DNA of 64,000 nt, taken from the NCBI RefSeq assembly GCF_006345805.1, contig NC_043016.1, forward strand, positions 15,624,001-15,688,000, given 5' to 3'. The notes under the pieces were generated by a model that was not told where the DNA came from, searched no databases, and worked only from the letters and a program-made list of their open reading frames with translations. Origin of the DNA: Octopus sinensis (lineage: Eukaryota). Positions 24,965-36,971 of this stretch are shown in pieces. The stretch's first letter is position 1, and each line of letters starts with the position of its first letter. A program made the translations under genes and the position numbers.

Positions 24965-26429
24965 TACGTGTGTGTGTGTGTGTGTGTAAATATATTTTGT
25001 TATTATTTATTCACCATTACACATGTTTAATTTGCTAATAGGAGTTACAAAATTGTATATGTAAGAGAATCATGTAAGATATCTCCTATTGGAAATTTTT
25101 TGGAAAGAGAATCAAATAACACAAAATTTACTTTTGGATGAAGCGTTTATTTATAGTAAGTAACCAGGAGATATATAGATAATTGGCAGGGAAAATAAAG
25201 AGCAAGTCTCCCCTTGTGTGTCTGTGTGTACATAACTGAGTTCAAATTTAGCCTTCATTGTGATCTATGTGTGCCTTGACTGTAAACAAAAGCCACATCA
25301 TTATATAGATGGTGTCATTTGCAATTTTCCATGAAAGCATGCCTGGGTGGTTCCTTGTTCTAGACATAGGTGGGGAGAGGGATTATTACCTTGCTTGGCA
25401 ACAGGTGGCGGATGTTGACAGGAAATGCAGCTAGCAGTAGAAAAACCATACCTCAACATAATATCATCTGCCCCAAGCAGGCAATGGTGGTGGTGGTGGT
25501 GGCAGTGGCAGTAGTGGTGGTGGTGGTGACGATGATGATGATTATGATAAGGAGGAGGAGGAATGATGATGATGGCAATGACAATGACGATGACAACACC
25601 GACAATATCTGGTGCAGGCATGGCAAAAGTATGGGCCTAGGTATGTAGTTAAAATGTTTGCTTCTTCCCAACCATGTGGTTTTGGGTTCAGTCCCACTGC
25701 CTGGCACCATTGGCGTGTGCCATCAACAACTTTCTTGATCCACTCATAAGCCTTTGGCTTGTGAATGGATTTGGTAAATGGCAGTTGAAAAGAATTGCTC
25801 CCACATACACATCCCTGCCAACTTCATTCGCCCAGCCCCACTTCTCATTTCTCTCTCTTGTCCCTTCATCATTTGTATGTCTTATCCTGCTGCTTATCAC
25901 ACTCTCTTTACTATCAGTCATCATATCCTTTCACCTGACCCACTTCAACTGACATTCATCACACACCCCACCCCTGCCACTGCACCACTTTTGTTCACCA
26001 TTCACCCCTACTACCTCTAGCCATCTCTCTCTCCTTCCCCTGCATTTTTGTCTGTCTCTTGTCAAAGCTTGTTCTCCTGCATTCATCACTTCACCTCGTT
26101 ATGGCTTAACAGCCCTTACCGTTTGTTCTAACCATCCTGTTTTTGTTACCATACTGAAGTTCTGTAAATGTTTTATAATATTCGTACAAAACATTTCTCT
26201 ACTATTATTATCTCTATTACTTTCTGTATATAGATGCACTAAATAAATTTTCAAAATTATGTTATGCAATATTTAGACACCTTTCAACAAGTTTTATCGT
26301 AAGGAAAATGGGCATTATGATAGATGCCATTATGTACAAATTCTGTTTCAACTGAAAGGCTATGGTCATGCTGGGGCACTGCCAGTGTAATCACCTTTTT
26401 AATGGCCATTCTTATGTAATTGGCTTTTG

Positions 26430-27370
26430 GTGAAGGTGGGATTTCAATATTGCTGCCCTGTTTTGAGTTTCTTGCTATGATGTAGGTTCATCTGGAAATT
26501 TTGACAGCAGGTCCCAGATTTTTTCTTGAAAACCTCTGCCCCTACTCAATATAGCTCTCTCATGTTTTGGCAATATATCAAATAGCTGTAGGCCTTTGAA
26601 TCATAAACTATTGCAGTATGTGATCCTCACTCTAAACAGAATGGGTGGAACTTTTGGAACAGTGCAGTGATATCCTGTTCAGGTGCTTGTATAACTCTTG
26701 ATGCCTCCTACACATAGTTTTTCTCTCATCACATTCATACTTTGTCATACATGCACAATGATGTTGCACATCCAGCAGAGCATTCTTGCTTTCTAATTTT
26801 CCCATGTCCTCTGCATTCACAGCCTCACATTTTCACTACCATGTAGCATTGCTGTTCTACTACAGCTTCAGCTATAGGAACAAGGTCAGTAACAGAAGAG
26901 TTCCTATGAGCAGCCAGTCTTAAATTCCTTTGTTATGGCCTAGAAGACTATGATAAATAGGAGGGGACTGATAACTGAACCCTGATGAACTCTCTGCACA
27001 CTAAATTCATTGCTGTACTCACTATCAATTCTCACTTTGCTGACACAGTATCCCTGTACATGGTTTAGACATCACTCAGTAACTATTGATTCAATAGTAA
27101 CTACCAGTAACGCAAAGGTTTTCTCCTGGTCAACAAATGCTAGCTACAGTGGTTTACTGTTTATTAAATACCTCTACAGTTGCTAGACTATAATGTGAGC
27201 ATCTCCTTGGTATGAAACTAAACTGCATTTCATCTAGGTTAACTATTTTTTAAAAATTAACTGGGCTATGACTCTTTTGGTCACTTTCACAACCTAGCCC
27301 AGTAATTCAATACCTCTGTAATTACTTCTCTCTAAGGCATCTCCTTTACCCTTGTAACAAGTGTGTGAGT
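26430..27370 (-). mobile_element. RTE LINE RT fragment, heavily decayed
   Basis: Minus strand QGSVISPLLFIIVF (~26,940-26,990) and flanks homologous to 21,725-23,240. Confidence 0.7.
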
Positions 27371-27674
27371 GTGTGTGTGGATGCGTGTGCACATGCATGC
27401 ATGTATGCATGCCACAGAACCTTCCAAAACTAGGCACCATCAATTAAGTATTATCCTAGTCAAATAAGATTATCCCTGAAAGCAATGAAGCAAGATCAGT
27501 ATATGTAATCACCATAAACATGATCACAACCTCACCAGAATGAAGGACAACTCAGAATAACAAGACCTATAGATATAATAGGCTCACAATCATACATTCC
27601 CATCATCAGCTACCAAACAGATATCACTATAGTGTACGTATATACATATACAAATATATATACATATGTATACA

Positions 27675-28760
27675 CTAGCCGGTGTACCTGGTAATTCCCG
27701 GGGGTAAAGATGCTCCATTGAAATGCCTTATTACTCTGATATAAGAAAGCAATTTCGTTATAACTGCCACAAAAGGTGTATTTTCCATCACAAAAATATA
27801 CAAAAACTGTCAACTGGAGGAGGGAGAGGTTGTTGGAGGTTGGCGAGAGAGGGTTGTCTGAGGGAGAGGCATCTTTGTTCCAAATTTCAGTCTTGCAAGG
27901 CTTCGTGATACACAGTATTTTTGGTTTTACCGTTGGGTGCATAGATGAGTAAATTTTCTGGATTTCCAACTCTAGAGCATCCAAAATAGAGTTGTCCATG
28001 AGAAAAAGCAGCGCCTGCAAAATTAAGGCCTACCACTACTAATGTCTGACCCTGTGCTTTGTTGATGCTCATTGCAAAGCTTAATCTCAGTGGGAATTGT
28101 AACCTTTTGAAATCAATCAGCTGGTGTGGTGGTCTTCCTCACAGTACTTCATGGTAGACAATATTTTGTGTCTATGTCACACCACGTTTTTGTCCTTGTC
28201 TGTTATCCCAATTGAGTGTCATAACTCTTACTTTGATATCGTTCATAGCTCCTGCTCTTGAAAATGCAACATAATTGACCATGAGAAAATACCAGTTGAG
28301 GCAAATGTATTCCAACTTTTTTCAAATGTTTGCCCTTGAGCCTTATTCATTGTCACTGAATATGTAAGTCAAAGTGGAAGCTGAAGTCTGTTTAGTGTGA
28401 ATGGAATATCTGCATCACTTGAGCTAAGTTTAATTCTGGGAATTAGAACTGTACGACCTCTGTTGGAGCCTGTTACCAATGATGCCTCTACACAATGTTC
28501 ATGAAGTCTTTGCACTTTCATGCGAGTTCCATTACATAATCCTTGACTGATCGAAAGATTTCTTGGCAGCATTACAATAGCCCTACTTTTAAGTTGAGGT
28601 AATGAGGAGGCATACTCAATGAGTGAATTTATGAATTCAAATGGATAGTTCTGAACCTCCTCTTCATTATTGCAGGACAACTGGATCTGTGTTTAAGTAC
28701 GTTTTAAGGGCCTCTGGTATAATATTAGGAACTTTTTCATTTATTGCAAGACAGAATTTT
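27675..28760 (-). mobile_element. Helitron 3' end (two Pif1-helicase C-terminal segments + hairpin + CTAG)
   Basis: Minus strand IVMLPRNL..GLCNGTR..VLIPRIKL..MNKAQGQTF..NIVYHEVL*, then FKRLQFPLRLSFAMSINKAQGQTL..FSHGQLY..SRVG..KTKNTVYHEAL; terminal CCCGGGAATTACCAGG hairpin and CTAG|T at 27,675-27,678. Confidence 0.85.
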
Positions 28761-29064
28761 TAGGAGCTAAAATTACTTATTTTTCCATTTCTTCAGGTGT
28801 GCATTTGTTGAAAATTTCTGGGTACAAATTGAAATGCAAAAGAATGAAATAATAAATGGATTTATGAATGAAAGTTTGATAATTGTGTTTATTTCCACCA
28901 CACAACACTTATTGCAAATAAGTTTTAACTAACCTATACTATACACACACACAAATACATACATATATATACGTCTCGAGTCGTAGCTGTAATTCAAAGG
29001 GGCCACCCTTGTCTTATTCTGTGTGAGGCTGAATCTTCCCGACAACTTTGTTATGTTATGCATG

Positions 29065-29336
29065 CCTCGCCTGGCCCTCGTGCCGGTGGCACATAAAAGC
29101 ACCATCCGTTCGTGGCCGTTTGCCAGCTCTGTCTGGCACCAGTGCAGGTGGCACGGTAAAAAACACCCACTACACTCACGGAGTGGTTGGCGTTAGGAAG
29201 GCATCCAGCCGTAGAAACACTGCCAGATTTGACTGGGCCTGATGAGCCTTCTGGCTTCACAGACCCCAGTAGAACCGTCCAACCCATGCTAGCCATGGAA
29301 AACGGACGCTAAACGATGTGATGATGATGATGATGT
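29065..29336 (+). mobile_element. RTE LINE 3' end with minisatellite units
   Basis: Same ~61-bp units as 14,421-14,969 in the opposite orientation; (GAT)n tail. Confidence 0.85.
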
Positions 29337-30529
29337 GGAGTACTCACCATTTGTGAGTTAATTTTATACTTGTGTGGTAATGAAAAGTGAAATTGACATC
29401 CAATATTTGCTGTGTCTATGTATCTATATATGAACTTTTCTTTGGATTTATGTATTTACTGTCTCACTCACTTTCTCTTCCTTTGTGTCCCTCTTCTCTC
29501 CTGATTTTGATTTAACAATGTGTTTATGTATTTATGTATCTACTTCTCTTCCGATGTGATAAACATTTAAAAACATGAAACAAACGCCATCAGCATTCAC
29601 TGTCTTTTTCACTCTCTCTCTTTCTCTCTCTTTTTCTTACTTCCTCTCTGTTCTCTTCTCTCTCGCTTTGCCACTTCTTTGAAGTAAATGTGACCCACAC
29701 AACAGGTACATACAAAAATAAAAAGTTAGCATATTAATATTATTGATGATAATAAATGTGAGTGTCAATGTGTCACTGCGTCACACTTTTCCAACTTTAC
29801 TCCTTGAGGCTGTAGCCCAACATGTCATACCATTTTGGAATCAGGCTGACTCTGTGAATAAATTAAAAACATTCCAGGCCAAATCCAGACCCATAGTTCT
29901 GGAATTTTGGATTCCCAAGTTTTCCTTACTGTGATTGTTTTTGGCAATATTTTTACTTGACTTTTTGTAACAAGTTTTTTAGTACAATAGCAATTTTTAT
30001 AATCTGAAGGTTAACTCTGTAAGTAAATTAAAAACATTCTGGGCCAAATCTGGACCTGCAATACTGAAATTTTGGATTCCTATGTTTTCATTACTGCGAT
30101 TGTTTTAGGAGATTTTATTTTTAGTTGACTTTTTGCGACGAATATGATCATCATTGGGATATGACTCTGGACGAAGCAATTGCAACAAATTCTCCAAAAC
30201 AAGTCTGAGATTTGTTTGCAGATCTTCCTGTTCGGGGTTAGTTGCTTAAAAGCTATATACTAGCTTTCGAAGCTAGTATATATATGCATATATATAAATA
30301 TATACATATAAACATATATATATATGCACACACACAAATATGTGTGTGTGTGTGTGTATACATATATTTGTATATATGTGTATATGTATATATATATGTT
30401 ATATATGTGTATATATATAACATATGTATACATATATATATACACATATATATGTAAATACACACACACATATATATATATATCATCATCATTTAACGTC
30501 TGCTTTCCATGCTAGCATGGGTTGGACTG

Positions 30530-31645
30530 TATATATATAGAAAATAGTAAAAAGTGAAAAAACTACAGAAGGCTTGTTTTAAAAGGTTAAAAAATATATT
30601 TGAGTCATTATGTCAGAAGAATGTTATAAAATTTTTTCATACAGTGACATAGTTTTTGAAGAAATTACCGGTTTCGTGTTAACTTTTCAAATTTCTCAAA
30701 ACATCGTGTTATGTCTTCGTTATGAAGTGCAAAGAAGAGTTCCAGGTAGGGGGAGGTAATAAGCGATTTTTTCCGGTATAAGGGAGATAATCGCTTTATA
30801 TTTCTTTTCCCATTATTTAATGGGGTGAATTTCTCTGTATAAGAATGTTAGAGTGGTTAAGTTTGGGCTTATATTTTTCAATGAAGAATGTTTCCTTGTT
30901 TAGTCTAATATGTATATATATATATCAATAGCACATTGATAAAATGGAAAGATTAAAAATTGTGGTAGTAGTTGTTTTGCGCATTTCTCAATATGTTCAC
31001 TAAAGGGTATCATTCTGTATTCTGGGAATGCAATCTGTTGTCGATGCAGAGTGCACCTACGTCTGAGTGATAGTCCCATGGATCCCACGTAGTTTTGGTG
31101 GCAGCCTGAGCTTCTTATGGCATAAATTATGTTTTCAGAAGCACAAGTAAAATTAGATTTGATCTTGAATTTTTGTCCCTCTTTGAAGAGGAATTCTGAT
31201 CCTTCTAGAAGGTTTGGGCATGTTGCACAGGTTGGTCTACCACATTTTTTAACTTTTGCATCCGTAATTTCAGAAAGCAATTTTGCCTTTGTGAGAATCT
31301 TTTTAAGTGATTTAGCTTTTAATGATTTTATGTATGTTTAGAATTTCCTTTAATTTGGGGTCCTTATGAAGTATTGGTAAATTCTGGGTGATGATGGTGA
31401 AGGCTTCCTTGTTTCTGGGGTTGTATGTGGATATGTAAGGCAGTATTTTCGGGGAAGGTGTGTTGTTGTGTTGAACTTTTCTCAAAGTTTCTATGTCACT
31501 GTATGAAAAAAATTTATAACATTCTTCTGACATAATGACTCAAATATATTTTTTAACCTTTTAAAACAAGCTTTCTGTAGTTTTTTCACTTTTTACTATT
31601 TTCTATATATTCAACCACGTGCTTTCACACACCAACTTTCTCACC

Positions 31646-31676
<31 letters not shown>

Positions 31677-31935
31677 AATACTAAAAAGTAAAAAAACTAC
31701 AGAAGGCTTGTTTTAAAAGGTTAAAAAATATATATTTGAGTCATTATGTCAGAAGAATGTTATAAATTTTTTTCATACAATGACATAGTTATAACATTCT
31801 TCAGACACAATGACTCAAATATATATTTTTTAACCTTTTAAAACAAGCCTTCTGTAGTTTTTTTACTTTTTAGTATTTTCTATATATTCAACCACGTGCT
31901 TTCACACACCAACTTTCTCACCTATATATAAAAGA
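30530..31935 (-). mobile_element. Penelope-like element fragment (RT-EN linker + GIY-YIG endonuclease) with inverted/duplicated 3' end
   Basis: ILPYISTYNP (31,312-31,533); KCGRPTCATC..FTCASENIIYAI..C..NYVGS..LRRR..LHRQQI..EHI (30,900-31,280); ..FFIEKYKPKLN; a ~130-bp terminal segment repeated four times in alternating orientation. Confidence 0.85.
30659..30697 (-). ncRNA. Minimal type I hammerhead motif with U3-A8 core variant, in the PLE 3' UTR
   Basis: GAGAAAU-UUGAAAA-GU(UAAC)AC-GAAA-CCGG-UA^-AUUUCUU: 7-bp stem I, palindromic ACCGGU stem III, 2-bp stem II. Confidence 0.6.
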
Positions 31936-32029
31936 CGTGAGACCGAAAATGCCGCAGAAGACTAATACCTCGGATAAAACTACAAATGAGGACATACTTA
32001 AAGAACTTAAAAATATTAATGCACAACAT

Positions 32030-32500
32030 AGGCGCAGGAGTGTCTGTGTGGTAAGTAGCTTGCTAACCAACCACATGGTTCCGGGTTCAGTCCCACTGCG
32101 TGGCATCTTGGGCAAGTGTCTTCTGCTATAGCCCCGGGCCAACCAATGCCTTGTGAGTGGATTTGGTAGACGGAAACTGAAGAAACCTGTCGTATATATA
32201 TATATATATATATATATAAATATACTTTATTTAAAGCAGCAGAAAATTCAACAAAACCTGTTACTCTGAGTTTCCCGTGGCCGTTCATCGGACAGTTTTT
32301 GCTAGAATAGAACCGATATGTCAATTCTATCCAGACTAGTATAAACGCTACACCTTTAAAAATGGACTTGTTTGATTGGTCCTTTACAAAATAATGGTCA
32401 ATTTTCGAGCGATAAACAAAAATGAGCTCAAAAAATATATATATAAAAGGCGGTGCTCCAGCATGGCCGCAGTCAAAATGACTGAAACAAGTAAAAGAGT
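32030..32500 (+). mobile_element. SINE family A head (32,030-32,192) and tail (32,449-32,500) separated by a foreign insert
   Basis: Head and tail match 8180-8580; the middle is replaced by (TA)n-flanked unrelated sequence containing a hammerhead-like motif. Confidence 0.8.
32258..32295 (-). ncRNA. Minimal hammerhead-like motif (U4->C variant)
   Basis: CUGU-CCGAUGA-ACG(GCCA)CGG-GAAA-CUC(A)GAG-UA^-ACAG; stem I 4 bp, near-palindromic stem III, one stem II mismatch. Confidence 0.5.
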
Positions 32501-32944
32501 ATATATATATATATATATATATAAAAATTATAAAATTCGAGGAAAAACCTTACATTGAATAAAATACATATTGTCATTAATAAAGGAAATATAATTAATA
32601 CATGGAAATTAAAATTAAAATCTTAAAATGCATTAAAATATTACACGGCAGTACATATTCATAATAAACTATACATATATACATCAACATACACAGATAG
32701 ATGCGTGCAAACCACATACATATACAGACGTATAAATATAAAGCTAAAATATACACACAAATGCATGTACACATATGCATACGCAATCTAGTTCGCATGC
32801 AAAACCACTGTATCTATGAAGACTATAAGCTAAAATCATGGATGGGGAAGGGGCGTTCTTATTTACGATATAAAGTTGAAGACATGGGTAAGGGAGGGGG
32901 GATGTAAAGTTACAGGACTCTACAAGTGGGCTGAAAAGTTTCAA

Positions 32945-33790
32945 GCTTTATGCTATCAGCATGCAAAACTAAATGCAATACCCAATAAATACACTGGCCT
33001 TGAGGGATTGCAATCCCAGAGGCACAATCAGTGCGAGACCTGGGTATTTACATGAGTGATGATGCAACCTTTCATGTGCATGTGCTAAATTGGCAATGAA
33101 TTAGGCGGCTGATCGGATGGATTCTTAGAACCTTTAGAACAAGAGACCAGGAAACCATGATGGTCCTCTGGAGGACACTTGTCCTAAGCCACTTTGACTA
33201 TTGCTCTCAGCTATGGTCACCAACCAGTGTCAAATTGATCACAGAACTTGAGGCGATCCAATGAAGCTACACGAAGAAGATAGCCTCTGTGCAGCATATA
33301 AGCTACTGGGAAAGACTCAAGAGATTAAGACTCTATTTCTTAGAGCGTAGGCGAGAAAGATATTCCATAATATACATCTGGAAGATCCTGGAAGGACTTG
33401 TCCCAAACTTTGGCATCAAGAGTTACACAAATACTAGAACTGGGCGCCACTGCATAGTGCCAAGGACTCCAAATATGCCATCAAGATGTAGGACAAGATA
33501 CTGTGATAGCCTGGGCTTCAGAGGTCCACAGCTCTTCAATATCCTCCCGAGGGACCTGAGAGACCTGCATGGGGTGGATGCAGATGTCTTTAATAAAGCT
33601 GGACCTCTTCCTGTTAGGTATCCCAGATGAACCAACTTCACGGCAGGAGGTGCAGATGAGGAGCTGCATCAAACCTCTCATGCACCAAATGTCAATGCTA
33701 AAAAGCATTCATGAAGTAAATCATGTAGCAACACTGAATGGCGGTGCCCCAGCATGGCCACAGCTCGTGAGCTGAAACTAGATAAAATGA
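32945..33790 (+). mobile_element. CR1/L2-clade LINE 3' fragment, same family as 3820-7280
   Basis: Colinear with 6435-7280 (SYWERLKRLRLY..ERRRERY..TNTRTGRHCIVP..PDEPTSRQEVQMR); same 3' hairpin tail at 33,740-33,780. Confidence 0.9.
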
Positions 33791-33836
33791 TGAAAATGAA
33801 TATATATTACATATATATATACATATATATAGATGT

Positions 33837-33872
<36 letters not shown>

Positions 33873-34199
33873 TACATATATATATATTATATATATATAT
33901 ACATATACATACATATATATTATATATATAATATACATACATATAATATATATATATATATATACATACATATATATATACACATACATCATCATCATCA
34001 TCATCATTTAGCGTCCGCTTTCATGTTGGGTCGACATTGGGCAGACTCTCTTTATCCCATTCCTTTTCCTCATTCAGCAACCTTTCATAATGGTGTCTCC
34101 AAACCTCTCTCTTTGCATCCTCATTTAGCGCAAGTGAACCGTCATCCTGCACCACATTTCTCTCCTATCATTCACGATTCTCTCTCACACACTGTCTTG

Positions 34200-35420
34200 C
34201 AACATGAAATACCTCAAGTCTTCATCCTCCCGGCGCAGGACATTGGCAAATTTTTTCTTATCTGCTTCCCCTCTGGCTAAATACACCTGCCTCCTAGCTT
34301 CCCTTCTGACAGTCTGATACACTTCCCTGCTACCACCGTTCTTCCAGTCCTTCCAAGCCTGTTTCTTTTCTCTAATAGCCCTGTCAACAATATTGTTCCA
34401 CCACCACGTTATTTTGGGTTAGGAGGGGACTTTGCACCAGCCACAGATCTGGTCAGTGGCTTTCAGCAGGTTGTCCCTTAGAAGCGTCCAGTTGTCTTCT
34501 ACCCCATGTGTAGCTATACCCCCTTCTATTTCGTCAAAGGCTTCAAGTAAAATGTCTCTAAATCTCTGTCCATTCACAGGGTCTTTAAGCTTCCAGACCC
34601 TTCTTCTCCATGTTGGTCGTCTTCTAGTCGTCCTGATCCTAAAGTCACTAACTACCAGTCTATGTTGTGGGGTACATTCTTCGCCTGGGAAGGTTTTGGC
34701 ATTTATAAGCAGCCATCTTTCAATTTTTCTGGCAAGGATGTAGTCGATTTGGCTAGTATGCCGGCCTGATCGGTAGGTGACCAGGTGGCTTGTCGGTTTC
34801 CTGGAGTTAGTGTTGCAAACCATAAGACTATTCGCATCGCAGAACTACAGCAGCCTGGTTCCCTCCTCATTGCGGGAACCATAACCATAGCCTCCATGGA
34901 AGCCCCCAGCATATCGTCCAACATGTCCATTGAAGTCACCAGCCACAAAGAGAAGGTCCCTGTCATTCGTCAATGAGGTGGTCTGCAGTAGGGTGTCATA
35001 GAAACGATCTTTCTGTCCATCGGGTAGCCCTGGCTGAGGGGCATAGGCCGATATAATAGTTGCTAAACTATGATGGAGCACTAATCTAATCTTAAGTATT
35101 CTGTCACATACTCTGACTACCTCAATTACCTTATCTACCCATTTTTCGGCGATAAGTATACCCACACCCCCGACCCCATCAGTATTCCCAGCCCAGAAAA
35201 TCTTGTACCTCCGTCCTTTGCCTGTGAGGAACCTAGCAGAACCTCCTCTCCACCTCACTTCTTGAATACAGCATATATCGACACACCTCCGTTCAAGCAA
35301 TTCAATGATCTCGCCAGATCTGCCTTTCAGTGTGCCAACGTTGAGGTGCCAACCCCGAGAGTGTGGGAGGTATTGGCCCTAGTAGCATCATGAACCTGAA
35401 AAGAAAACTCGCGTTTGGCA
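34200..35420 (-). mobile_element. RTE LINE 5' part (APE endonuclease)
   Basis: NVGTLKGRSGEIIELLERRCVDICCIQEVRWRGGSARFL..ISAYAPQ..VAGDFNGHVG..SQIDYIL..QHRLVVSDF. Confidence 0.9.
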
Positions 35421-35867
35421 GGATTCATAGACAAACAATAAAACTCAAATTCAAACCGCGTACACTACAATAACATATCTTGCAATGAATGACCACTAGC
35501 TTTTATGGAAGGAGGTGGGGGTGGCATAAGACTTTGTAGTGTACATGGGAGACAACAAGGAAGAGAAAATTTAGGACTTCCTGTACTGGTGGAGGAGGTG
35601 GGAGGGCAGGTGCACATATATATATATATATATATATACATACATATATACATATACATACATATATATATATACATACATGCATACATATATATATATA
35701 TACATACATGCATGCATACATATATATATATACATACATACATATATACATGCATACATATATATATACATATATATACATATATATATACATATATATA
35801 CATACATACGTTTATATATTTGTTTTGCAAGATTTTTTATGTGAAGTCGTGTGTTGAAACAGATATT

Positions 35868-36245
35868 GTTGTATTTCGGAATGGTTATTTTGCCAGTTTA
35901 GCCAATAAAAACACACGCACTATATATTTGGAGTATATAAACAGGAGATACAAATATTACAGATATCCCCCACACACTAACTAAGCATAGACGCACATAG
36001 AGTCATACGCATGCGCAAATGAAGACACATACTATAGGAATACAAAATGGCTGACACACAAATAAGAAAGAAGAATGCAAAGGACACTGATGTGGTCACA
36101 GGAGTGTGACGAAAGAACTCTGGCCGAAATTAAGATTAAGTTTAATGTAAAAAATAAATAACACTGAAGCAAAGTAACACCAAATATAGTGTGTGGTGTT
36201 TTTATTGCTAAACTGGCAAAATGACCATTCCGAAATACAACAATA
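35868..36245. mobile_element. Short non-coding element with ~60-bp terminal inverted repeats, containing a hammerhead-like motif (PLE-derivative?)
   Basis: TTGTATTTCGGAATGGTYATTTTGCCAGTTTAGC..CACTATA..TTTGG at 35,868-35,930 (+) and 36,178-36,245 (-); motif at 36,082-36,125. Confidence 0.55.
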
Positions 36246-36419
36246 TACATACATACATATATATATATACATATATAAATATACATATATATACATATTT
36301 ACATACATATACACACATATATATATATACATATTTACATACATATACATATATATATACATATTTACATACATATACATATATATATACATATTTATAT
36401 ACATATACATATATATGAG

Positions 36420-36968
36420 AAATGAATCCAGTATGCTCTGATGGATGTGTAATGTCAGTGTTCATACTCGACAGAGTGTAAGTACCTTGAGAGAAAAGTT
36501 GGACCTAAGAAGCATCAGTTGTGGTGTGCAAGAGAGACGTCTGCACTGGTATGGTCATGTGGCGAGAATGGATGAAGATAGCTGTGTGAAAAAGTCCCAC
36601 ACCCTAGTGGTTGAGGGAACCTGTGGAATAGATAGACCCATGAAGACTTGGGATGAGGTGGTGAGGCATGATCTTCAAACATTAGGCCTCACCGAAGCAA
36701 TGACTAGTGACTGAGACCTTTGGAAATGTGCTGTGCGTGAGAAGACCCAGTAGGACAATTGAGACCATAACCTCATGGACTATACCAGGGGTGTAACCAG
36801 CCCACTTATGCATACCTTTCTTTCTTTGGACGCCAAACTCTGCTTGCGAAGACCTGTTGAGGTAAGTGAAATCGAAATTCAACCAAATTTGTCGAATGTC
36901 ACCCATGCTAACCTCCCTTCACTGGACACTAAATCTCTGTTGGGGATAGTGGTTGGCGTTAGGAAGGG
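36420..36968 (+). mobile_element. RTE LINE 3' fragment (RT C-terminus + UTR)
   Basis: LREKLDLRSISCGVQERRLHWYGHVARMDEDSCVKK..RPMKTWDEVVRHDL; ends in GGTTGGCGTTAGGAAGGG. Confidence 0.9.
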
Positions 36969-36971
36969 CTC

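Noticed and set aside
25450-25600. (GGT)n/(GAT)n tract giving poly-His/poly-Val ORFs
   Set aside because: Simple trinucleotide repeat with no splice or homology support.
35465-36465. Numerous 60-160-aa I/Y/M/C/V/H/T-rich ORFs here and at 30.2, 41.4-41.9, 43.7-44.0 and 53.7-54.1 kb
   Set aside because: Translations of (TA)n/(CA)n/(TACA)n microsatellites, not genes.
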